Positions 14,584 through 29,731 of a stretch of 64,000 nt of DNA are shown here, in pieces (position 1 is the stretch's first letter; each line of letters begins with the position of its first letter). Under the pieces are notes generated by a model that searched no databases, had not been told where the DNA came from, and worked only from the letters and a program-made list of their open reading frames with translations. Source of the DNA: Octopus sinensis (taxonomy: Eukaryota); assembly GCF_006345805.1 (NCBI RefSeq), contig NC_042997.1, forward strand, positions 30,690,001 through 30,754,000. Direction: 5' to 3'. Made by a program: the position numbers and the translations under genes.

Positions 14584-15066
14584 ATTCTTTAACAAGAATG
14601 TTACTGACATTGACTTTTGGCCAATTAAAACATTGTCAGGCTGCCAGGCTAATGATGGCTTAGTAGACTGAAACTTCAAAGTCACTATCAATAATACTGA
14701 TTTAAGAGTAATAAATTTATACTCTATACAAGTATAGAGTAACCCATCAGTTACAGGGACATAAACATGCCAACATCGGTTGGCAATGGTTGGGGAGGAC
14801 ATATAGACACACAAGTATATACATACATGTATATATATATATGTATATATGATGGGCTTCTTTCAGTTTCTGTCTACCAAATCCACTCACAAGGCTTTGG
14901 TTAGTCCAAGGTTATAGTAGAAGTCACTCGCCCAAGGTACCACATAGTGGGACTAAACCCGGAACCATGTGGTTGGAAGCAAGCTTCTTACCACACAATC
15001 ACTCTTGTGCTCATATATCATTTAGCGTCCACTTTCCATGCTAGCATATGCATATATATATATATA

Positions 15067-15970
15067 TCATCATCATCATCATTGTCGTCGTCATCGTTTA
15101 ATGTCTACTTTCCATGCTGGCATGGGTTGGACGGTTTGACTGAGAACTGGTGAGCCAGAGGCTGCACCAGGATCAATCTGATCTGGCAAAGTTTCTACAG
15201 GGGGATGCTCTTCCTAACGCCAACCACTCCAAGAGTGTAGTGAGTGCTTTTACATGCCACCAGCACAAGGGCCAGTCAGGCAGTTCTGGCAACGACCATG
15301 CTCAAAAGGAGTTTTTTATGTGCTACATGCATGGGATCCAGTCCAGCTTGAATGTTGTTTTTCACGTGCCACCGGCACGGGAGCCAATCCGTGACCCTGG
15401 CAACGATCACGCTTGGATGTGCTTTTAACATTCCACTGGCATGAGTGCCAATCAAGCGGTAATGTCATTGGCCATGTCAGCGATTTTGATTTTCATTTCA
15501 CTTGCCTCAATAGGTCTTCGCAAGCAAAGTTTATTGTCCAATGAATAAGGGGTATTCATAAGTGGGCTTGTTACACCCACTGGCATAGGTCATAGGCTAT
15601 GGTCTTACATGGCTTGTCAGGTCTTCTCAAGCACAGCATATCTCCAAAGGTCCCAGTCACTAGTCATTGCCTCAGTAAGTTCAAAGGTTATGCTTCACCA
15701 CCTCATCCCAGGTTTTCCTGGGTTTACTCTTCCACAAGTTCCCTCAACTGCTAGGGTGTGACACTTTTTCACTCAGCATTCACAACACATGACCAAACCA
15801 GCGCAGTCATCTCTCTTGCACACCACATCTGATGCTTCTTAAATCCAACTTTTCTCTCAGGGCACTTACACTCTGTCGTGTAAGCACACTGACATTACAC
15901 ATCCAGTGGAACATACTGGCTTCATTCCTTGCAAGCTTATGCATGTCCTCAGCAGTCATGGCCCATGTTT
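15067..15970 (-). mobile_element. RTE-type LINE 3' fragment with the same tail
   Basis: The reverse complement of 15640-15970 matches 41210-41560 (ETWAMTAEDM, IRCGVQERRLRWFGHV); the tail ends in (tca)n at ~15067. Confidence 0.8.
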
Positions 15971-18900
15971 CACTATGCACACCGTATATTGGGAAATATA
16001 CACTGCATATATTTCACTGTATATTGGTTAAAAAAAAACCCAAAAAACAGTGCTCTTCAAGTTTCAGAAATTCAGATTCCTCAATGTCAACCTCAATATC
16101 AGAAATTCAGTGAAACAGAAGCCTGTAAACAACAATGCTATTGTCCTCGTTTTATGATATGAAAATTTATAAATATTTTCTGTTTCTGCTAATGAATTTA
16201 AACTTGAAAACTATTTTACTTTTATCTCTAAAACGATATTGTTTTTTAGAGCTAAGTCAACTTTGATGAAGCAGTTCCAGACATGACCATTCAGCCTTTA
16301 ATATGCTGATATTGTTAACGCAGTGAACTGGCAGAAACGTTAGCACACCGAGCGAAATGCTTAGCGGTATTTTGTCTGTCTTTCTGAGTTCAAATTCCAC
16401 CGAGGTCAACTTGCCTTTCAGGGTCGACAAATTAAGTACTAGTTGTGTAATGTGGACAATTTAATCAAATGGCCTAATCCCCAAAAATGTTGGGCCTTGT
16501 GCCTAGAGTAAAAAAGAATATGCTGATATTGTTGCTGCAGGCTTTTAATGTAAAAAACAAAAACTGAGTTGCGTTTTTAGTGTGTTAAGATTATGGTATG
16601 TTGACATGTTAAGATTATTTTTATGCTTACTCTTAACAATGTTTAAATGACATCTGCAAACAGACATATGAAAGCATATATGTTTCAGTAGCTGGATTCC
16701 AACAGTGAAGTGAATGTGACATCTATCTTTCAACTGAGTAGACACAAGTAACATGTAGCTATATACTTGCCTAAGAGAACTACGCAAAATTTGCAGCAAA
16801 GTTTTTAAATCACTTCAGGATAACAGCTGTAATGTCACATTTGAAACTTGTTAGCTATACACTTCCAACTAACTGCTTCAGTTTGACATGAAGGCATTCA
16901 ATCAGACAGACAGCTGTCATGGTAATGATGACAACATTAACAGAACAGTTCCATGAAATATTATCAAATTCCAGTAAACAGAATAGTAAAAAAAAAAAAT
17001 AAAAGAAACATTATTTAAGCAAAGTCGTGATGTATACATTTTTCTTTCATCACACTATAACATTCAAGACAAATAAATAAAAATACATTTATCAACTTTA
17101 ATGTACCATGATTCCATTGGTAGGGTAATTTGGTCCAACAATGTATTTTATATCCTGTATCATCTGAAAGCTAAACCTCTAGCCAGATCTAACATTTTTT
17201 TTTTTTTTACTAACCTTTGCTCTGACTAACATATTTTTTTTTTAATTTTATCATCTGAAGTCATATCTATTTTCACTAAACAGAGATTTAAGTTCTCACC
17301 AAGAATTCTTTAACTTCATTATATTTAGCATTTGAATTCACAAGTCTTAAATAAAACTTACAAAATATTAGGTCCACTTTCTTTGCTTTGAAATCAAAGA
17401 CAAAATGCCACAAAATGCCAGACATGGGCATGATTGGTTAAGAAGCTTGCTTTGCAACCACAAGATTTGGGGTTCAGTGACACTGCACAGCACCTTGAGT
17501 AAGTGTCTCCTACTATAGCCCCAGGCCAACAATGCCATGTGAGTGAATTTGGGAAAATGGAAATTGTGCAAAAACCCATCATACATGTGAGTGTGTGTGT
17601 GTGTGTGTCTGTGTGTGTACATATTATAAGTACATATGTGCATGTCTTTGTCCCTCACCCCACCACTTGACAACCAGTGTTGGTTTGTTTACATCACTAC
17701 AACTTAGCAGTTCAGTAAAAGAGACTGATAGAATAAGCATCAGATATTTTAAAAATAAGTATTGGGGTCAATTTGTTCAACTAGGCACTACAGGGCAATG
17801 CCTCTGCATGGAGGGAGCCAAATGACTTAAGTAAAAAGTAATTTCATATTTTGGTTTTGTTTTACTTTTGTTTTTTGTTTTGTTTTGTTTTGTTTGTTTT
17901 TTTCATTATTGCATCATCAGGGTTTATATTATTCTTGTAGTTGTTGGTACTCAAATTAGGTTTCCAATCCGAGGATAACTTTGTATCTTAACATACTGCT
18001 TCTTCTTGCTACACTCCATGAATTGTTTCTTCTACTCTTACCTACCAGTCACAATGACTTTTATTTCCCCTTTAAATTGGAATACTAATATTTGTTTCGT
18101 AATTTGAATCAATCTGGATCTTAGACTGACAAACAAAACCTGATCAGAAAATGAAATAACAAAATGAAAAGTATCAAAATAAAGAGAGAGAAAATACTTA
18201 AGCTATTGGTCAAAGTCTGATGAGAATATAATTAAATTTTGAAAAGGTACCATAGTGATAATAAACAACTAACCAAATCTCAAACTGAAAGAGTGGTGTA
18301 TATAAGCCAATGAAGAAGCCTCTAAGATGTCGCATATTTTGGAGGAAATGGTAGCCATATCATCATCATCATCGTTTAACGTCCGCTTTCCATGCTAGCA
18401 TGGGTTGGACGATTTTGACTGAGGGGCTGGCGAACCAGATGGCTGCACCAGGCTCCAATCTTGATTTGGCAGAGTTTCAACAGTTGGATGCCCTTCCTAA
18501 TGCCAACCACTCCGAGAGGAAGGACAAAATCGCTATGCCATCAAAAAGAGAGGAAGAACACACTGAATAATGTAGTTCTAATAAGATTATACCTAAAGAA
18601 AGATAACAATGATCACAACTAGAATGTATTGATCACCAAAAAACAGGGTAAGCTGCTGATTAAAAATGTTAAGACTTTCCCAAGTGAAGAAAAGACCTCG
18701 ATTCAGACATTTTCAACCAGTCTTCTGTCATTAACCTACATAAATTTGTTTAATGTATTTTACCATTTAAACCATTATTCCTGTGCAAAAAAAATGCAGA
18801 AATAAAATTCATAGCCAACATAGAAGCAGTGGAAAATAACAGGACAACTTCGTAACTAAAGTTTTGCACAAAAACTATGATGAAGTAGGAGTGGGGAGAT

Positions 18901-19734
18901 CATGGAACAAAAGTTAACTATCAAAATAAACCAATACAATGCTAAGTAATTTATTTATGCACAAGACCAAACAAAAATGCTAGAAGCAGTATGAAAGGAA
19001 ACTCAGCTGATTCACTAATCCTACTAGTTTATTTAGTTGAAAATTCGTTCAAGACAACATGACATATCTATGTGGTCACAAAGTGAACAAGGCTTGTTCG
19101 GTAAATAATGGGAATGGGTCTGTGAGATTCATTCAGAATTTATTAAAAACTCTATTGAATTCTTCTTTTTTTGTGTGTAAGATATGTTTACCCCTGCCAT
19201 TTAAACATTGCTGGACATTATGTTCTCGAGTCCTCACACTCATAGAGTAACTACCCACTTTGTATGCCATATAAGTAACTGTGATCACAACATTGCTCCA
19301 TCAGCCCATCACAAGGTAACTCATTTACAGTTGACGAAACTGGAGCAATGTGAAATGAAGTGTTTAGCTCAAGAACACAACATACCATCATCATTATTTA
19401 ACATCTGTTTTCATGCTGGTATGGGTTGGACGGTTTGACTGAAAACTGGTAAGCTGGGAAGCTGCACCAGGTTTCAATCTGATTTGGCATGGTTTCTACA
19501 GCTGGATGCTCTTCCTAATGCCAACCACTTCAAGAGTGCAGTGGGTGCTTTTTATGTACCACCAGCATGGGTGCCAGTTATGTAACCCGGCATCAGTCAA
19601 AACTACAATCTCACTTGGCTTGACAGGTTTTCTCAAACAGAGTACATAATCAAAGATCTCGGTCACTTGTCACCTAGTCCAAGAAACAAAACCATGATCT
19701 TATGATTGTGAGTGCAACATCCTAACCACTAGAG

Positions 19735-19903
19735 CAGGGGTCCCCAAACTATTTAGACCATCGACCCCTTCGTGGAATCCTTGGCCCCTCATCGACTGCC
19801 AGGCATGTACAAGAAAAAATAATTAAGTAAATGTGCACTTATCAACCCCTTGAATAGTTCCATCGACCTCCAGGGATCGATATTAACCACTTTGGAGACC
19901 CTG
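19735..19903. mobile_element. hAT-like MITE
   Basis: Terminal inverted repeats CAGGGGTCCCCAAA / TTTGGAGACCCTG; flanks cactagag and cactgaat match only partly as an 8-bp TSD. Confidence 0.65.
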
Positions 19904-20369
19904 CACTGAATGTTTACTCCCAGGAGATAAATTTATCCCAAGTTGAGGATCATCAGTGAACTAAGACAGTGTCAAAGACAAGAAGACAAACCAGAGAAAG
20001 AAGATATTGAAGCTAAAAAGCTCCTGCAACAGTATGTAACTTCCAAGAGTTCTACATGATAACCCTAACCCAAACCTAACCCTAAAACAGATTGAAATGC
20101 AATAGATCGATACTAGGGTCATAATTATGAGTGGACACTAAAGAGGGAACGGTTTTGTTATCCAGCTCTGTTTACGAGTGACCCCTCAGTTTATGGCCAC
20201 AGGGTATCTTTTTTCTCATAAATAACAGTGACAAATTCATATGACACCGCCAGAAAATGTTGCTAACAAAATACGGCAGATATTGTATTCACCTCTATAG
20301 ACGTCAATGATTGGTTGAAATTGCCGAAATGCAAGAAATTAAACAACAAATAGCTTACAAACTACAAGA

Positions 20370-20850
20370 AAGTTCCTACTAGACAATATATTGTGAGCTA
20401 CAAGCCAGATTAGTGGATGAAACAAGGTTCCAGTACTAGATAGGTGGAGGGTGACATGGTGAAGAAGTAGTGCATTAGACAGTGTCAGAAAAATTTAAAA
20501 GTCTGTAAAGGGTAAAGAAAGAAGAGAAGTTAGACATTAAGTATATCTAGCAGAAGAAGCCAAAAGTAAAACAAATGCCAATGTTTTAAAACATGAGGAC
20601 CAGAGAAGTGAGGTGTTCTGCATTGCAAGACAATGTCCAAGTCAGGACATCATGAGCAAAAAATTGGGTACAGAATAATAGCAGTACACTTGCCCTCGCC
20701 AATGCAGAGAAGAAACAAGGAAATGGTAATACAAGCAACTGCTGAATGAGGAGAACGTAAGGGTAAATGTCAATGCAATAAAGGGAGTGACTATTGAGAC
20801 TGACTGCTCTATGTTAGATAAGCTATTAAGGATATGAAGATGGATAGCAA
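20370..20850 (+). mobile_element. Very degenerate LINE-like fragment
   Basis: Purine-rich remnants (W..VEEVV, EVFCIARQ, QLLNEEN) resembling the linker upstream of RTE-type RT; no intact ORF. Confidence 0.35.
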
Positions 20851-21913
20851 GCCTATCACATACAGACACAATCATCATCATTTTTATGTTGAACTCCCAA
20901 GTTAACATGGGCTGGACAGGTTATCATAGTCCAAGTCAATTCCAATTCAGAGTTACTGCTCGCCTAAACAAACCAGAGAATTACATCCTGCTCGTGTTTC
21001 ATTCTGGAGTTGGTTTCTGCTGTTGGATGTCCTTCCTATTATCAACTTTATAGAGAGAACATGGCACATTTTTGTGACACTAGAAACACACACACACACA
21101 TATCTGCCAACAAATCAAGCAAAGGCTGCTTAGTGAAAACAGTGGAAAGCACTCTGAATAAGTTTACCTTGTTCATCCAAAAACAGTAAAGGACACTCAA
21201 GAAAACAAATAGGTTTCCATAAGAATGTTATAAGTATTCTCCGTTTGAAATTCAAGCAGAACCAGATCTTCTAAATGCTTATGGTGACCTTGAATATGAG
21301 TAATTTCGATAAATATGTCCATAAATCTGAGTCTGATGTATACTATATTTTTTAAAACAAATTTATTTTTATAGCACAATAAATCATCTTGCCATCATTT
21401 TACATCCACTTTGCAGGGTGGTATGGGTGGGATAGGTTGTTACAGTTCCTATTCATCTCTTATTAAAAGTTGCTCCTCTTATAGACATGTCATACGGCTT
21501 GGATACCCTTCCTGGATACAAACCACTTTACAGAGTATATATTGGGTGTCATTTTCTCTTCTAAGTTTTCCTATCTTATCATTCCACCTGCATTTGCAAA
21601 ATCATTCGCAACTGCATTTCTATTTAACTCTCTTGCATTTAAGCCAGCCATATCCAGCAAAAATATTCTACCCGTTTTATGCTCAAACTGACCCGATTCA
21701 CAACTACACTACAAAATCATCATATCATAGAAATCTTAAGAGACAAGCCATGATTAATTCAAAACAATGTGAACAAATAAAAAGGATTACAATGACATTT
21801 CTGCAATATCTCTCTTCTGACTTGCAATTCCATTATTAATTTGTGAGTAGCAAATAACTCATTAAAAGGAAGATTACATTTGGCCTTGGCTGTAATTTTA
21901 CTGCCTACTTCAA

Positions 21914-22133
21914 CCCTTTCGTTACAGTATTTATTTTGAGATACTCTGTGTTTCTTTCAATTACTTTAAATGTAACAAAGAAATTAGTAAAATATGTTAG
22001 TTATCATTCAGCCAGTGTTAGGAACATAAATTGTGACTAAGGTTTGGTGGAAGACTTTAATTCAAAACTTTAGAAAACAAGACATTTGTACTCACAGTCA
22101 GAACCGGTTTCAGCCAGATTGGTAATGAAAGGG
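21914..22133. mobile_element. piggyBac-like MITE
   Basis: tcaa|CCCTTTCGTTAC...GTAATGAAAGGG|ttaa: TIRs with a TTAA-type target. Confidence 0.65.
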
Positions 22134-22259
22134 TTAATTACCATTACCTGATACATTTTTTACCAGAAGCTGATGCATCACATCAGTATAATCAGCAATA
22201 CAACAGAAACCAAATTTTATGGTGCAAGTTCAAATTACAGTCATAACCAAACATAGTTT

Positions 22260-25200
22260 TTATGAACAATTCACTCCGAATGAGGTTTCCTCGAATGAAG
22301 TTACTGAAAAGACTTCACACATTTATGTCCTTTGCTGACAAATACAAGCATGCACTGAGGACAGCAGAAACAAATGAACAGAGGCAACAAATTCTCAATC
22401 CTACTAGAAATGCAGAAGTGAAAGTGAACATTAGGCTCACTGTGAATAGAAAGTTAATGACAAGATACCAATTGGGGACACTTGATGAACAACAGGCTCA
22501 CTTTCGAAATGTTGCAAGAGAGGCTTCACATAAACACTATGGAAGCCCACTACTACACAAGGCCAGATAAAAAAAACTCAAAGAGGAAAGCAAAAAGAGA
22601 CTAGATTTCAGCTATACATACATGAACAGTAGAAGAGAAATGTTTTCAGTTATGCTCCTGGACAGGAATATAGTTTCAATTGGCACTAACTACAAAATTT
22701 GTGACACGTACTTGGCCAAAAAATGGAAAGAGGAGATGGCTTCATTGCGCTAAAATGTTTATTTAACCAACCTATGCTAATCTACCAAACCTCCTAAGAC
22801 AGCTTGTTACTGCCACAAGTGAGGATTTTAGATATCTTTCTCAGAAAATCAGAAAATACAATTCTGCTTTCCAAATGATTTCCTTTGGAGCCAATATCAA
22901 GGACAATTCTACCAAAACTGATTTAGTTCCACTCCAACAAAGAGATCTGGTTTTTGAAGACAGATCCAAAATAAAATCACCATCTCCCAAAGTACAGACT
23001 CCGACTTGATCAGGAAATGGTCCATGCATAAACAGTAATACCAGGAGTGTCAGTGCCCACCTTAGAATTTCAAATAGTCAATGATGATTACAAGAGGCAT
23101 TCTGGACAGTATGTGCTGTTTCAATGTATCTGAATATCATGTAGTGTCTGTCATCATGAGTGGAAATCTCCATAGCAAAAGATATCATTCTGGAGTGCAA
23201 AGACTACTATCAAAAAGATGAGATACACAGGTCAAAGGCAAAGATGGCAATCGTTTTCGAATACCATAAACCTCATTGCATGATTCAAGACAATTCATTT
23301 AACTACCTGCATCAAAATGAAACTCTTCCAACAGTTTAAAATACAGTCTGACAGACTATACTACATTAAAACTAATCAAGAAGGGCTGAGAGAAGACTCT
23401 ATATGTATTTAAGAGACATCAATAATGGTGATGATATTTTGAGGGCAGCTTAAAGGAAGATTACTGATGGTCAACATTCTTTCTTAAAGTTTTACTGTTA
23501 ACCTTCAATACATTCACACCACTTTAAATAGAAAGAAATTCAAGAAGAGGTCCTTCCAGGGTAATCAGACAATCAGTAGCATGATGTCACAGACAGGGTT
23601 TTCCTCTTAAACCTGGGAAAGATGATGGGTTTGATTACTAAGTACCAAATATTTGGACTGTCATGTGTCACATGTATACCAGAGAATGGTGAATAGGAAG
23701 GAGTACTGCTATATGTATACATCATCTGGCTAAAAAATATTCACTCCAATCAAATTGATTCCATTATATTAGCTGACCTTCCAATATTGTTTAAATCCAA
23801 ATAGTTCTTCGTCCCTATGGTGTATCAAAGAGTTTACCTTCCATGGAAAACAACAAATTCACCAAATTTCCAAGACTATTTAGCAAGGAAACCCAAACAG
23901 GTGTAAATGTACATCTCACAGAAGACCAGAGTATGGGAACTTCCAAACTTTCGTTAGACAGCATGATATTTAACAGCCGGATAGTTCTCTACTGCTCACT
24001 TCTGACCAAGACAGCTAATGCACAGACCAAGACAGCTAATGCACACATTCAATTTGGCAATTCAATAAAACCAATAACATATGTCTGCAAATATGCCAAC
24101 AGACACTCTGATGCTCAAATCTACTGCAACGACTTCACCTAACTGCAGCAGGGAAAAATACATCTGCAGTAATGACACTTCCTGCTTTGCCCATTCATGG
24201 ACAGCGTTCAAAAATTTAGTCTCCACTTGGAAAACAGCCAGTTTATTCTACTTCAGTAACTTTCACACAACAAATACAACATCCAAAAGAGACAACACTT
24301 AAAATATTTTTCAGGTTGTAGCAACATGATCCCTTCACATAAACATTGCTATGGAATGACAAGCAATAGAGTCAAAGAAAGCAAAATGTCTTTTTGAAGA
24401 CAAAGCTAGCATAAGGTTTGACACTAGCATTGGAAAAATGTATAATACACAGACAACATGAATGCTTTCCTCTATTTTTTTTCTCTATGAAGAGTCAGGT
24501 CCAAGTTCATTAAGATTTTTAAACAAATAGCAAAGTTTGAACTATCTACAGAAAGGCATGCTTAAGATTGGAATGCAAGAAAATGATGCACAGTAGAAGA
24601 CAACAGTGTCTGAAGGTACTGAATCTCAAACAGCCAAAAGTCATAAGGTTCTTTTCACACATAGATAAGATATTGTGGACCATGCAGTTGACTTTAGCAT
24701 CGGCTCAAGTATAGTGATGAACTTGCAGAAGACCTCAAACAGCAAGCTGAACAAATGTAGCCTGGCATGGAAACAGGATACACATTACAAACAAGCAACA
24801 ATATAAAAGGCCAAAAACATTAAAAAAAAACTGGCTCTCTCAACCAAACCACACACCAAAGTCAAAAATCTTGCAAGAGAAATTTTGAGAGAAATACGTC
24901 ATACAGTGTTAACATTAACAACATATGACAAGGAATCCAAACTTACTGCACATTAGAGGGCAGTCTACTGCTATTTATGAGATGATTCTACAACAAAGAG
25001 ATGGAATTTGCTTCCTTGACACTCCTGGCAAAACTAGAAAGATATTCCTAATCAGTCTGTTGCTTGCCATAGTTCATCAACATAAAAGTATAGTTATTGC
25101 GGTTGATTCATCATATATCGCCACCATTCTCTTTCCAGAGGTACAATTCAGCATACTTAGCATTCTAGCTCCTCTTGGACTTGAGCACAAATGATGCAAT

Positions 25201-25500
25201 TGTTTGCAACACTGCAAATAATTGAAGCACTGAACAAGTTCTTAAAGAAATGCCAGATGATTGTTGGGATGAATGCACAATGGCATACAAGAGAGCTCTA
25301 GAATTCCTGAACAAGCCATTACACACCTTGCAATAACAACAGGGCTCAGATGAGATTAGCCACGGTGTTGCCAGGTGATTTCCACAAGACTTTACCACTG
25401 ATCCCAAAACAGATTTTAAAAAAAGGCAATGGAATTAGCACTTGCCTTAAATTATCTTTACTTTGGACCAAAGTTTAAATCTTTAAACTGTTGACAGCAA
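22260..25500 (+). mobile_element. Decayed autonomous Helitron (Rep + PIF1 helicase fossil) in MARCHF6 intron 1
   Basis: Broken frames keep motifs in Helitron order: RTAETNEQRQQ (~22360), KIRKYNSAFQMISFGA (~22845), NSIKPITYVCKYAN (~24060), LHLENSQ (~24220), FLDTPGKTRKIFLISLLLA..VIAVDSS (PIF1 motif I/Ia, ~25010), WDECTMAYKRALE (motif II, ~25265), GDF.Q.LP-like (~25375); many stops and frameshifts. Confidence 0.88.
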
Positions 25501-28500
25501 TGGTTCTATAGACCCAACTATTATGTGCATATTGATTAAGACAAGAGACAAATTGATTACTTAACACACAAGTAACTCTTTCATACCTATTTCTTTACTA
25601 TCGACAAGGGGCTAAACACAGAGGGGACAAACAAGGACAGACAAATGGATTAAGTCGATTACATTGACCCCAGTGCACAACTGGTACTTAATTTATCGAC
25701 CCCGAAAGGATGAAAGGCAAAGTCGACCTCGGCGGAATTTGAACCCAGAACGTAACGGCAGACGAAATACCAGTAAGCATTTCGCCCAGCGCGCCGCCTT
25801 TCATGCCATCAAGTGGTAGCTGCTGCAGACACTTCTACAAATTGAAAGACACTGATGTTGATCAGGAATTCTTTAATACCTTTACTGCAACAGACTTCAA
25901 AACAATCCCCAGTAATTTACATCAGCTACACAGTAAAAGAAGACTAACAGCTAAGAAGCTTATGTCACACGTCACGGGGCAAAGACAGTTACTGGACTGC
26001 ATCATGTGTAATATTGCATTGCTAATGGTCACTTTTTATGTGGGATGCACAATAGATGGAAAATCTGTGATCGCTTCATTTAGGCCCTAATTGATAAAAA
26101 TCCAAATTATTGTTTCCTGAGGTACCAACATGAATCATTGTTTAACATCTGCTTTCCATGCTAGCATGGGTTGGACGATTTTGACTGAGGGCTGGCAAAC
26201 CAGATGGTTGCACCAGGCTCCAATCTTGATTTGGCAGAGTTTCTATTCAGAATTCCTAAGGGTATGACAAGTACAGATCTAATATTACAGAAACTAGGAC
26301 TCAAATCTTAATATAATTTTTTATTGTAGAAGGCCTCAGGTTCAATCCTCGGCACCTCCACACAAACTTCTGTCCAGCCCATGCCAGCATGGAAAACAGA
26401 CATTAAATGATGACAACGACTGTCCCATGTATTGCTCCTGACCTGTATTTCCAGTTCCAATATTTGGGTGTGCAGCTTTTCAACATTCCTCCTGATATTC
26501 CAGTTTCCTCACATTATAAGAATGGTTCAATTTCTATTTTCTATACATGGATTTCTCCCAACATTGTAGTTGCAAATCATTTTTTTTCAAATTATTTTAA
26601 GAATTATCAGATAAGAAGAATACATGATAACATTATTTTCAATAATAGTTTGAAATGAAATACAAATGCTTTCACTTTCAATTGATTCTGAATTCTTATT
26701 CAAATTACATAAATTACATAATTTACACAAACTATGAAATATATTCTTCACACTTAGCATACATATGAAGCACAGCACACTGTCAACCTGGATTGGCAAA
26801 CAATTTCATTTCATATAGGAAGAATAACTTTACACGATAAACCCAATAATATTTTTATCAAACCATATATGCGTCTTGCATTCTGCTAATATAAACATAT
26901 ATGCTATAAATATATACTCAGGCAATGCCTGTGGAAGGGATGCAGGGGTGGGGTTAAAAATTTAGGGTAGAGAGAAGAGAAAATTATCAAAAACAAAAAC
27001 AAACATGGCTTAAAAGGATGAATAGAAATGTAATGAGAGGGCACCAGGATGAAAGAGTTAGAGAAGAGAGAGGTTGCTAAGAGAAATAGCTATGGGCAGC
27101 TACATGCTGAGCACTTGTGAAGAGGCTGAATAGAAAAACAGCATGACTGACATGATGAGGAGGAAATAGACAGGAGGGAGAAAGGCTGATGAGAGGCAAC
27201 TATGAAAGTCATGTCAACAATGAATGGCAGAAGTGCGTGTAATATGAGAGTGATGGTAGCAATGAAGATGGGTCAGATGATGATGAAAGAGAGAGAGAGA
27301 GTGTGATGAATGTCACTGATTGAATAAGAGAGCGATTAACAGAAGAGAGAATGATGGCTAGCAATAAAAGAGAGAGAAGGTGAGGAACTGATTATGGATA
27401 AGTTTAATGGGTAACCCTCATTCCACAGATAACAAGAAGAGAAAAACAGAAGGAATAGAAGATGGTGGTAAAAGGGTGCTGGATACAGACAGGTCCAATA
27501 ACATCACCTTACAGAAGTGGCATGGTACAAAGATAGTTGAAATGGAAAGAGAAATAGATGGAGTTTAAATAGGACATTCCTTTTGAGTGTTGGGCTTCAA
27601 GGAGGCAATGATCAAGACCCTTCGGCATTATGTTGTACTTGAGAAGACCCACCAAGCCAAGCAAAATTGTTATCACTGCTATGTTTTTGATTTTTTTTTT
27701 TCCCCCCTTTCTTTAATGTAAGCAAGAACAAGAATGTTCATATATATAGTTCTTATTAAGTATTCCAGGACTTCCTATTTTCAGATCATTGCCATTAGAT
27801 TTCCATCATCATCATTTTACGTCCATTCTTCTAATGCAAGTACAGGTTGGATGAATCACAGAATGTTTTGTCACATGTTACTCTTGTCGCCTGAGACACA
27901 ACAACAGGGAAAAACTACCAACAGGTAATGTTATGTATGCCATGTTTTAGACATTGCTGGATACCCCATCATCAACTACTTAAAGCATAGGGAGAGCACA
28001 TTTTATAGTACCAATGATACTTGAATGGTTGTATATGGCTAGAAAGAGACCTTCAACTCTGAATCAAACTGTATTCTGAATTATCGCTCCGGATTACTTA
28101 TGCTGCAAGTAGAATCTGTGTTTCCTCTATTCCTAGTTCAGTTTACTTTTAGCCATCAGAAATTCGTTTTGTCAGCATGTACAGAATTAGTAATTAATAC
28201 AAGTAAAAGCTGTGTTTTTGCAATAGATGTTGCTATCACTATAACTTCTATGATTAATATTCTTTGGCGTTAGGAAGGCATCCAGCTGTAGAAACTGCAA
28301 GATCAGATTGGAGCCTGGTGCAGCCATCTGGATTGCCAGTCCTCAGTCAAACCGTCCAACCCATGCCAGCATTGAAAGTGGACGTTAAATGATGATGAAG
28401 ATGATCCTAGTTTCACTGATTGATCAATTGACGATAGAAGTTATTTCAGCAAAGATAATAGTTCCCTGAACTTTTTCTACTCTGTTCTTTCTCTAGTTAC

Positions 28501-29169
28501 TGTGCATTTGGAACAGCCACCTCCACTTTTAATTAGTTCAACCTATCCACTACTTCTTCAGAACCATTCCATCGTTTGAGGGATTTATCTCACATGTACT
28601 CAAAAAGATCTGTCCACCACAGTAGAATTGATACCAATGCTGATGCTACATAAAAAGCACTGGTGTTGGCACCATGTTAAAAGCACTTGTGCTGGTGCCA
28701 CATATAAAGCACTCTGTGGAGTAGTTGGCATTAGGAATGGCATCTAGCCATAGAAACCATGCCAGAATAAACAATGGAGCCTAACACGGCCCCTAATTTT
28801 ACCAGCTCTGGTCAAACTGTCGAACCCATGTCAACATGGAAAATGAACATTAAATAATAATAGTGATGATATGCTCGCTACTAACTACTTCTGTGCCTCT
28901 GCCATATAATACGTCTACCTTAATAGTCAGCTTGATTATGATCCCATTACACTTCTTGTGCACTTATAATTTAAACTGGATGGAACTCCAACCTAATCCT
29001 GCCTATTGCCCAAAGCCACTTTCTTGGCAGCAGTGGGGTCCTGCATTTTTTCCAGCTCAAATTAGTCCTTACTAAATTTACTTTTCAATTCTAGATTCTC
29101 AAAATTAGTCAGTGGTAGAACATCATCCTTATCTACCTGAGTAATTATGTGAACAACTAAAATATTTTA

Positions 29170-29731
29170 ACCCTTTAACGTTTAAGCTGGCCAAAACCAA
29201 GTCAAATATTCTATGTCTTACATTGAAACTGACCATATCTAACCTCTCACACCTAAGCTACATTAACATTCTACAAATAAATAATCACAACATTGAAACC
29301 TCAACACTATGAGATAAAGGGTACAAACCTGAATGACCATGGGATTACACCTAGAAAGTTACCTTCCAAAGCACAAGTCCAAGTAAGGTTGTTTATGGAA
29401 GACCAGCAGTCACCAATGCATACAAGCCTCTCCTCTCCACACCACTGATGTTATACAATGAAAAGGCAAAAGCCGATACAGCTTGGCACCAGTGATATCA
29501 CAACTCATTTCTACAGCTGAATGAACTGGAGCAACAGGAAATAAAGAGTTTTGCTCACTAGCACAACGCACAGCTTAGTCCAGGAATGGAACTTGCTACC
29601 TCATGATTGTGAGCTCGATGCTCTAACTACTGAGCCATGTGTGTTCACACTATGAGATAATTCATAATTAATTCAAAGCAATTTGAATAGAAAAGTATTA
29701 CATCTGACAGAGTAATCTGAACATTAAAAGG
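29170..29731. mobile_element. piggyBac-like MITE interrupted by a family E SINE
   Basis: ttaa|CCCTTTAACGTTTA...TGAACATTAAAAGG|ttaa; related remnant near 12920-13125. Confidence 0.5.

Noticed and set aside
20061-20086. Interstitial telomeric repeat
   Set aside because: Only about four imperfect CCCTAA units.
21168-21327. AG/GT-bounded segment as a possible extra or poison exon of MARCHF6
   Set aside because: Weak polypyrimidine tract, early in-frame stop and no homology; it would need RNA evidence.
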